Assembly: GCF_009914755.1 (NCBI RefSeq)
Contig: NC_060929.1
Source of the DNA: the human T2T-CHM13v2.0 reference genome, Homo sapiens
Direction: 5' to 3' (one strand)
DNA length: 64,000 bases
Positions 14,071 to 24,489 of this stretch are shown here, in pieces. The translations under genes were made by a program, and so were the position numbers. The stretch's first letter is position 1; each line of letters begins with the position of its first letter. The notes under the pieces are model-generated. The model was given only the letters and a program-made list of their open reading frames with translations, had not been told where the DNA came from and made no database searches.

Positions 14071-14886
14071 AACTAGTGCTTTTTAAAAATAAGCATGTGA
14101 ATCGCCTGCAAGGCTTGCTATACTCCAGTTTCTACTCCCCCCAACACTCAGAATTTTGGATTCAATAGGTCTGGATGTGTTACCCACTATGCCAATTGAT
14201 ATGTCCATTAGGTTCGGGCACCTAGGTGTGCTTACTCAGTAAGGTTTCACAGTGGCTCAATAGCCAATTATATATACTTCAATTTGCAGTTTATTGTGAG
14301 GCTTTCACACACAATCAATCATGCAATTAATACTCAACACACAGCCAATAATAACAGAGTGCTAATAAACCACAGCAGTGGCTCAAGGGACCAACACACC
14401 AATAGATTAATCGAGTGGGTCCAGAAAGCCTTAAGATACTGGTGGTAGTAGGAGGTCACTGTTTCTCCCAAGTAGAAGTTCTAGTGGCAGCTGTCAAGAT
14501 GAGAGAAGCTCTCGGAGTTCTCCTGGGCAGACCCTCCTAAGGCCTCTCAAAAAAAGGCCTTGTCCTGACTTTTATGATTCTCCCAGATGGGTGTATTTTC
14601 ATTAACTCAGCCACCTTTCACTTTTGTCAGTTCCTTTCAAGTCTCCCATGGTACACAGCAAAAGCAGGTGTTACTTTCCTAACTCAGTCTATTACTTATA
14701 TGTTTATCACTTTGAGGGGGTCACTGTGGGCTCAATGCTTCTTGACATGAGTGATTCCATTTTGAGATAGTAGGTTCACAAATTGTTGTGATATATTAAG
14801 GTGGGGCTCAGTAATTTGCATTTTTAACAAGTTCCCAATTGATGCTCATGCTGTTGGCCCAGAGCCACACTTTGAGAACAACTGTT
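14071..14886 (+). mobile_element. MER5A split into 14071-14175 and 14800-14886
   Basis: ...gattcaataggtctgg and ggtggggctcagtaatttgcatttttaacaagttccc are contiguous in the MER5A consensus. Confidence 0.75.
14176..14799 (-). mobile_element. LTR-like insertion in MER5A (probably ERVL class, family unresolved)
   Basis: About 620 bp, begins TG, minus-strand AATAAA (gtttattg near 14290), interrupts MER5A. Confidence 0.55.
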
Positions 14887-15272
14887 TTAAACCTTCAGTC
14901 CTACTATTCTATCCAAATTTGTCATCTCTAAGGCCAAAAGCCCATTTAAGTAACAAGAGATGATGCCCCTCATCTGAAACACATACGCTAAAATTGAAGC
15001 AATTTTAGGGCATCTCAACTTGGCAAAATATAGTCATCTATTGAAATGTTGTCTACAAATAAGTGAATGACTGATGTACAACAATTTATCTGGCTTCATT
15101 CCATTTTTAAATAGTAAGAACTATGTTTAAGTGAGATAAGTCTAATGAGCAGACCCTCAGGAAATGTCATTAAATGAAAAGAGAAATTTCTCAATTGTGA
15201 GGAAGGATTTTCCTGGGCAGAATGTTGACATATTTGGCATAACGAAATTATTTGTTTTGTTTTATTTTCCAC

Positions 15273-15613
15273 TGTGGAGTCCTGATAAGTAGGCAAAAAC
15301 AAGGAAGGGGCCCCAGGTCGGGTAGAACAATTGTTCTGAGAGATGGCTAATCACAAACTACTGGCACAACCTCCTGTTGCCGAATACCTTGTGGCACATG
15401 AAGCTCCAGCAGCACAACCTTGACCTCATTCTGTACATAGCCCCTTCAACATGACCCTATAAAACTTCCGGTTAACCCCTGCCTCTTTGCAGACAGCACC
15501 TTCCCTGCTGTGCTGCCTGTTGCACTCTCGCAACATATCTCTTTGAGTACAACTGTTTTGGTAAATTCCTTTTACCGCCCACATTGCTGACCTCACCCAG
15601 TCCCACCTGCAAT
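15273..15613 (+). mobile_element. ERV1 LTR (MER93-like)
   Basis: tgtggagtcctgataagt...gaaggggccccagg start; TATA box cctataaaac near 15457. Confidence 0.7.
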
Positions 15614-15689
15614 ACTAACCTCTACTTCTGAATCCACAAATCTCCTAGTTTTCTCTTTTTCCGACTTTACCATTTCATTTATAGCAATT

Positions 15690-16423
15690 CTTGTTTTTGT
15701 TATTTTTATTTTTTTTATTTCAATAGGTTTTTGGGGAACAGGTGGTGTTTGGTTACATAAGTTCTTTAGTGGTGATTTCAGAGATTTCAGTGCACCTATC
15801 GCCGAGCAGTGTATACTTTACCCAATGTGCACTCTTTTATTCCTCCTCCCCCTTCTTTCCCAGAGTCCCCAAAGTCCAATGTGTCATTCTTATGCCTGTC
15901 CTCATAACGTAGTAGCTCCTACTTATGAGTGAGAACATAAGATGTTTGGTTTTCCATTCCTGAGTGAATTCACTTAGAATCATAGTCTTCCAGTTCCATC
16001 CAGGTTGATGTGAATGCCATTATTTCATTTCTTTTTATGGATGAGTAATATTCTATGGTGTGAGTGTGTGTGGGTGTGTGTGTGTGTGTATTACTTTTTT
16101 TTATCCATTTGTTGATTGATGGACATTTGGGCTGGTTCTTTATTTTTGCAATTGCAAATTGTGCTTCTATAGACATGTGTGTCCACATATCTTTTTCATA
16201 TAATGACTTCTTTCCTTCTGGGTAGATACCTAGTAGTGGAATTGCTGGATCAAATGGTAGATCTAGATTTCTTTAAGGAATCTCCACACTGTTTTCCGTA
16301 GTGGTTGTACTTATTTTTACATTCCCACCGACAGTGCAAAAGTGTTCCCTTTTCACCACATTCGTGCCAACATCTGTTTTGTTTATTTTTTTGATTATGG
16401 CCATTCTGGCAGGGGTGAGATGA
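15690..16423 (-). mobile_element. L1PB1-like 3' end with internal (TG)n
   Basis: caataggtttttggggaacaggtggtgtttggttaca 3'UTR; ORF2 C-terminal translation (NQPKCPS, IMAFTSTWMELE). Confidence 0.88.
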
Positions 16424-17046
16424 AGACAGGTGTTGAAATGGGAATTGTGTGCCTAAAGAAGAGGAAGGAGACTGGTGATACACAAGGGAATTTTGTAAGT
16501 TGGAAGCTACCAGTTTCATGTATTTTGATCATCACCCAAAAAATTGCAATATCAGTTAAGGTTTGTCTTTCATTGTCTCCCCAGGTGTGAGCATATTCCA
16601 TTGTTTAAAAGCATCTGTGAAAGAAGCATTCATTTTTTTCAAGGATAATTTTTCAATACAACACCTGGTCAAAAACTAAATTGGACTCTGAGACTGCAGC
16701 ATGACTTCCTTTTACATCACATAGCATTTCGATGAAAATGCATAAGAATGCTTCCATTTGCAGGAGTTACATATACATTTTTGTGGTGTCCTGTTTAGGC
16801 AATTTTTAAAAATAACAGTAGAGGTGTTAATTGCTGTAGTTACCTCAAAGGTAAAAATCTCACCTTAGGTTCAATGACTTGGCTTTGCATCTTGATCTAA
16901 GCCTTAGGGCAAATAATCTAAAGCCAAAATATGATCACAAACTATTATTTTGCATTTTAGCCTATATTAAGGAGACATAATAGAGTCCACTGGAAGATGA
17001 GCTATGGAAACACTCTTAAAAGCTGTCAGTCTTATGTGCTCACTGA

Positions 17047-17358
<312 letters not shown>

Positions 17359-18154
17359 TAAGAGAGTAAATGTATTTTTAGAATTCAGAGATTCTCAGTT
17401 TTTTTACTCAAAAAGTGTTTTTAAGGATTTAAAATCCAGTAAGCATTCAGTGGATTTGTTTTGTGTTTTGTCTTCCCTTTAACCACAAATAGAAAAGAGA
17501 TTCTCCTGTGTGTCACTTAGCAATTCTTCAGCCAAGATATCTCCAACTATATTACAATAGACATGGTAATTTCGTAGATTTTACCAGCTTGTAAAAACCA
17601 CAGTTAGTATTTAGAAAATAAAAGGATATTCAAATTGCTCCTATAAATTCAAACTGTATCTCTTTTTATGTATCACCTTTGAGAATATTTCCTATAACAT
17701 ATTGGAAGTAAGGGAGATTTTGAAACTAAGATTCATAGCCATTTAGTATTATCCTTATCCATATGAACAAAAGTAGGAAAACTGGATCTTTTATTCTATT
17801 TCAGTCTTACAATTTGATTACTGTAATAACGGATGTCCTTAGCAGTTTTTGTTCAGCATCACATTGGACCCTTTTGCACAAGATTTCTTTACATTGTTCT
17901 AACAGTTTGGTCGCTTTACAATATGTTATACTCACCAATATTAATACATAATAATTAATAAACTTCAGCTTGCATACAAAGAGCTTATTGTCTTTGTAGA
18001 TTGAATTGCAGTAAAGATTTTCCAAATGCCAGAATTTAGTCCGTTTGAAACCAAGCATGGAAAGGTTTGGATTCCTATTTTTTTTTTTAATGGATCCTTT
18101 TTCACTTTTTGACCAAAAAGTTTATTTTCATAAAATGACTCCTAGGCAATTGCA

Positions 18155-18450
18155 ACAACTATTATACAGATATTTCAGGTACTCCTTCAGCTACTTCAGT
18201 TTACCCAGTTACTCCTGCTACTATAGCTACTTTGCCATACCCAGCTTCTCTAATCACTTATTCTGTCTGGCCCATCTACTCTATCATAGGTCTCTCCAGC
18301 TGTCCTAGCTACTTCAGTTAAACAAGATACTGTGGTGAACTAAGCTTCTCTTTCAAGTAATGCCACTCTTCTTTCAGATGCACATTCCTTTCTTCAATTA
18401 GCCCAGCTACTCTGACTGAACCAACTATGCCTAACGAATTCAACTATTCT
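18155..18450. repeat. Highly diverged 18-bp-period repeat (AGCTAC core)
   Basis: Cores at 18189, 18207, 18225, 18243; 18307, 18325, 18343; 18405, 18423. Confidence 0.65.
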
Positions 18451-18950
18451 CATCTTCAAGGCCGTTATTTTTGTTTCTCAAACTTTTACCCTTTATGACC
18501 CTCATATTTCATCTATTTTTTTCATATCTCATCTTCTCTTTGAATGCCTTAGAACTAGAGTTGGCTTCTTGCCCCCAAGAATTTCTGCTTCCTCTATAGG
18601 CTTAGGACTTATGTATTCATCCTTTGTCCATTTCGGTAGAATGTGGTTGGAGCTCCTATTCTCATTTCTTATTTATGCTTTTGGCTTCACCCTATTCCGA
18701 TCCCTATGTTGTTTCTCTTCTTTTGGAAATATAGTTTCTGCCCTACTCCCCCCCAAAAAAAACTAAAGGAAAAAAATTAATAGGACCCTATTTCCACCTA
18801 AAATCTTACATGGATCCACGAAATTACAAAATCAAATAAAAGTATTAATGCTCTGATAGGACGTCTTACCCTCTTGACTTCCAATTTTCTCTGCAAATTA
18901 GTGCATAGGGCAGAAGTACAGAACACAATCTGAAAATTGATAACCCGGCA

Positions 18951-19250
18951 CAGCAGTTTGCAAACTAAATGCAATGCTTTAAATTTAGGCCACTGCCTGT
19001 TTTTGCACAGTCTTTGAGCTGAGGCTAGCTGTACCTAGCCTTTTAAATGATTGGAAAAAATATAATGAATATTTCTTGACATGTGAAGAGTATTGCTAAT
19101 ACTTCAAAGTCTGAATGAAGATGTACTGAAATACGGTCAGCTCATTTGCTTATGTATGACTTACAGCATTGGAGCGTAGACACCCTGTGGCCCACAATGC
19201 CTAAAACATGTTTCTATACATGTTCATGTATAGAAAAATGTTGAAAGATA
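18951..19250 (+). mobile_element. MER58B-like hAT-Charlie fossil
   Basis: gcaaacta...ggccactgcctgtttttg...tgtggcccacaatgcctaaaa. Confidence 0.75.
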
Positions 19251-20846
19251 CTATTGTAGAATATAGGCTGTCACAGGTGTTCATGTCTAGAAATCATAGT
19301 GCACTTCAGGAAATACAATGACATACAACTATTTTCAACCTTAAGTTACTAAAAAAAATGAGGAAGAAATCATCTTTTCTAGTACATGTAACATTGTGGA
19401 ACCAAAGGTTTAAAAAATATCTGTGGGGAAGAAAATAAGAGCTTAAAGTTAAGGAAAATACATATATTTTATAATTCAGAGAAGAAACCACCATTATTCA
19501 GTTTTATCAGCAGGCATACTTGAGTCCAGTTCACTGAGCACCAGTATTTTGAAGGCACATCATTACAGAAATTCTGAACCAAGGGCTCCTGGTATTGACC
19601 TTCAACCCTTTTCTGACTCAGCTCTAATAGGGGCCAGAAAAAGATCCCAACTCATTTCACCTGTCAACTCCATCGTGCCTAAGGCTGACAGAGCGCTCAT
19701 GCTCAGCGTTAATCCAAACTGTCTTTCAATCAGTGCTCAGAGACAAATATAGCCAAACTGAAATTTAAATTGGAAATTAATACATTTAACAAATCTAGAA
19801 AATGTTGATTCGGATAATATTTGAGATGATTCTTAATAGGAGGCATTTTGAATTAGTGGAAATTGGATTTGGAGTAATAATTTAGATGGAAGGTATAGCT
19901 TGAACAGAAACCTATAGGTTGAATAATATATGTATTTGAGAAATACATGTATTTCCAAGTGATTAAAACAAAGGGTACATATTTGAAAATATAAGTTTGA
20001 ATTATGTGAACAATCTTGAATGTGAAAATAATTTGGTAAAGCAGTTGGAGAATCTCTCTATTTTCTTATTTTTATTTTTTTAGGAAGTAGAGGGATCTGA
20101 GTAGACTGGTGCTTTAAAATTGCAATTTTTAATATAGAGGAAATGGGTAAATTCCTGGAAACGCACACTATCTCAAGATGGCATCTAAGAAAAAATTGAA
20201 ACCCTGAACAGACCAGTATTGAGTTTCAAATTTGAATCTCTAATACAAAACCTACTAACCAAAATAGCCCCACACTAAATGGACTCACAGCCTAACACTA
20301 CCAGACATACAAAGGGGCTGATATCAATTCTACTCAAACTCTTCCAAAAAATTGAGGAGGAGGTACCCCTCCCTAACTCATTTCACAAAGCCAGCATCAG
20401 CTCAATACCAAAACCTGGCAAAGACACAATAAAAAAAGGAAAATTACAAGTCAATATCCCTGAGTAATGTGGATGCAGAAATCCTCAAAACACTAGCAAA
20501 CCAAATCCAGCAGCATATCAAAAAGTTAAATCACCATGTTAAAATAGGCTTCATTCCTCAGACGCAAGGATGGTTCATCATATACAAATTAATAAATTAG
20601 ATTTACCACTTAAACAGAATTAAAAGCAAAAACCATAGGATGATCTCAATAGACACAGAAAAATCCAATAAAATCCAACATCCCTCCATAATAAGATCCA
20701 TCAACAAACTTGGTATCAAAGGAACATACTTCATAATAGTAAGGGCCACCCATGACAAACCCACAGCCAATATCATATTGAATGGGCAAAAGCTAGAAGC
20801 ATTCCCCTTGAGAACTGGACTAAGACAAGGATGCCCACTTTTGTCC

Positions 20847-20959
20847 CTGAAGCGAGAAGATCATTTGAGCCTGGGAAGTTGAGGCTGCTGTGAACCATGA
20901 TCATGCCACTGCACTTCAACTTGGGTGATAGAGCAAGACCTTGTCTCAAAAAAAAAAAA
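20847..20959 (+). mobile_element. AluJ right-arm fragment
   Basis: gatcatttgagcctgggaagttgaggctgc...gaccttgtctc plus A tail. Confidence 0.88.
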
Positions 20960-21166
20960 GTCAAAAAAAAAAAAAAAAAAAAAACAGCAGATGCTGGCAA
21001 AGCTGTGGAGAAAAGGAAACACTTATATACTATTGGTGGGAGTGCAAATTAGCCACTGTTAAAAGCAAGTCAGAGATTTCTCAAAGAACTTAAAACCAAA
21101 CTATCATTTGACACAGCAATCCCCTTAGCGGATATATCTCCAAAAGAAAATACATCATTCTTACAT

Positions 21167-21395
21167 GGTCAGGAGTTCAAGACCAGCCTGGCCAAGATGG
21201 TGAAACCCTGTCTCTACTAAAAATACAAAAAATTAGCCAGGCGTGGTGGTGGGTGTCTGTCGTCCCAGCTACTCAGGAGGCTGAGGCACAGAATTGCTTA
21301 AACCTGGAGGGGCGGAGGTTGCAGTGAGCCAAGATCATGCAACTGCACTCCAGCCTGGGCGACAGAGTGAGACTCCGTTTCAAAAAAAAAAAAAA
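21167..21395 (+). mobile_element. 5'-truncated AluS
   Basis: ggtcaggagttcaagaccagcctggcc...gactccgtttc plus A tail. Confidence 0.93.
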
Positions 21396-22389
21396 GAAAT
21401 ATGTACTTGCATGTTCATCGCAGCACTATTCACAATAGCAAAGACATGGAATCAACATAGGTGTCCATCCACAGTGGACTGGACAAAGAAAATGTGTTTT
21501 ATATGTATACCACAGAATACTATGCAGCCATAAAAAAGGATGAAATCATGTTCTTTGCAGCAACATGGATGCAGCTGGAAGACACTAGCCTAAGTGAATT
21601 AGGGCAGGAACAGAAAATCAAATACCGCATGTTCTCACTTATAAGTGGGACCCAAACACTGAGTACACATGGACATAAAGATGGAAACAATAGACATTGG
21701 GGACTACTGGTGGTGGGGAGGGAAAGAAAACTAACTACTGTGGTTGGAAATGGAAAACTAACTTTTGGGCACTATGCTCAGTAGCTGGGTGATGGGATGA
21801 ATAGTACCCAAAACCTCAGCATCATGCAGTATAACCAGATCACAAATCTGCACATGTACCCTGTGAATTGAATCTAAAATAAATGTTGAAATTAAGAATT
21901 AATATTGGTAAAAACAATAAACTTTTATAAAAGAATTGTAATTTCTTCAGTGTTGTGCACATAGCCAAGGTTTGGACAAGGTAAACTATTGGGATATTGA
22001 AAAAAATGTTAGAATTTATATTTGTAATCTACAATATTAAAATAACAGAATTTTTAATGGTAAATATGTGAATTGATATGGCACAGGGATTTTGTCTGTG
22101 TGAAACATGGTCCCACATTGTATATGGTCAGCAAACCATCCTTGGGGAAGTTTGATTTCACCACATATGGGAATGACAATGTACCTCTACTCCTAGCTTT
22201 CAGTTCACTGCTGCTTATTGCCATTTATGTCCACTCAGCGGATTCCTACATTATATTATCTAGTTTTGACTAAGCATATCTTCCCAAACAGATGAATGTC
22301 TTGCCAAAAAAAAAGTTCATTATTCTAATAATACAAGGACAAGTAACCACCAAGAAAATAACAGTAATGGTACTACTTTAATTAACAAA

Positions 22390-22455
22390 TTGCTCTCATT
22401 ATGTTGGTGACTATAATTATTGTTATAATTGTGGTCACCAACATAATGAGGGCAA
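22390..22455 (+). other. Inverted repeat: 31-bp stem, 4-nt loop
   Basis: Arms 22390-22420 and 22425-22455 pair completely when 3 G-U pairs are allowed. Confidence 0.9.
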
Positions 22456-22714
22456 ACAACTATAAGCTAGTTTGTCTGAAGTCAGCCAAAATGCATTATT
22501 AAGAAAATTTGGCATGTGTATAATGGTCCACTATTACTAATTACTAGTAATATGAATTAGTGACCATGTTTAGGAGGCAACTTAAAATATTGTTTCATCT
22601 TAATCTCACCCTTTGAACTCATCTATATACTATGTTGTTTTACCATGTGAAAATTTTATTAGCCAAGTAGTGCAATACACAATGTTCTAAGTTAATACTT
22701 GCTGCATATATTAG

Positions 22715-23079
<365 letters not shown>

Positions 23080-23825
23080 TGATAGACCTTCAAGAAGTGA
23101 TCTAAAATGGAAAGCAGTTGGAAGCTGGTTTTGCTGGCCCTGACATGAGCTGGGATTCTGGCAATTACAAAAGGAAGGGAGGTGGCATTCACAGAAAACA
23201 TTACAGGATGCCATCTGTGGATGAGATGGAGAAGTCAGAAAGTGCAACGATGTTTAAAGCATGAGTGACTGATGCCTAGATTCGTGTGCAATGACATCAA
23301 GTCAGGAAGAGGAGCTGAATTTAGGAGCACAATTAAGCTCCTTTATGTCTTTGTTTTTTTTTTTTAACAGAGAAATACTAAAAAAAAAATGTTTCCTTGC
23401 TTTTACCAGTGAGTTTCTTGAGTAGAATCTGGCAGTCTAAGTCATTCCTACAAAGTGAAAAGCTAACAGAAGAAATTAATTGGCCTATATTTTCAGTAAT
23501 GTACTCTACATGAAGAATAGACAGAACAGATGTTTTCTGTTCTAAATTGTGTGTGTTGTCTTTTAGTTTTCATTTGTCATGTGATAGTAAGCATTGTTTC
23601 AAGGAATTTTTAATTTTGAGATACATAATACACTCTTCTGGAGGTCGTCATTTCATGTTAAATTCATGATACAAGACTCCCACTGTGTACTGTACTCAAA
23701 CACTTCCAAGTGAGAATGGATCTACAAGTAATTTCTCCGTGTACATGTATTTTTTATTAATATGTACTTGAATCAATTGTTGTACTAGGTATTAGATAGC
23801 TAGAATAGTTTAATGTGTAAATTTA

Positions 23826-24078
23826 AAACTATAAACTTCTGTTTATACTTTTTATAAACTATAAACTTCTGTTTATACTTTTTATAAACTATAAACTTCT
23901 GTTTATACTTTTTATAAACTATAAACTTCTGTTTATACTTTTTATAAACTATAAACTTCTGTTTATACTTTTTATAAACTATAAACTTCTGTTTATACTT
24001 TTTATAAACTATAAACTTCTGTTTATACTTTTTATAAACTATAAACTTCTGTTTATACTTTTTATAAACTATAAACTT
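23826..24078. repeat. 30-bp VNTR, about 8.4 identical copies
   Basis: Unit aaactataaacttctgtttatactttttat; explains the repetitive 103-aa ORF. Confidence 0.98.
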
Positions 24079-24449
24079 ATTTACATATAAACCATATATG
24101 AATTTATGCAAACTATATGCTTTACAAAAAACTGGATTTCTGGTAGTTATGTGTACTTTGCATGTTTAGTTTGTAGTTTAATGTGCACACAAATGATATT
24201 TTCATATATGACAATATGAACTCCAGTACAATATTTTAGAGTAAAAGTTTTGTTTCAAACATTTCTGTACAAAATTAAGTGCCTTAACGGAAATGAAGTG
24301 ACTGGGCATTATTCTTAGCGTGGTGTAGTTAGGGCATTTACATACTGAATATCAATAGTTCTTGTCTTGTGTAATTTACAATCTAAATACTGCATGAATG
24401 AGTTATCTCTCATAGGAGTAGTCAGTAGGAATGATTGCCATTGATAAGT

Positions 24450-24489
24450 TTGAGATGACATAATTTAAGCTTGAGATGACATAATTTAA
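24450..24489. repeat. 21-bp-period tandem duplication
   Basis: ttgagatgacataatttaa at 24450 and 24471. Confidence 0.85.

Larger units (their letters stand above)
20135..21895 (+). mobile_element. L1PB3/4-like 3' portion, internally deleted and carrying two Alus
   Basis: ORF2 RT translations ([37 protein letters not shown]), C-terminal ORF2 and 3'UTR to aaaataaatgttgaa. Confidence 0.9.

Noticed and set aside
23800-24111. 103-aa ORF with KFIVYKKYKQ repeats
   Set aside because: Artefact of the stop-free 30-bp VNTR
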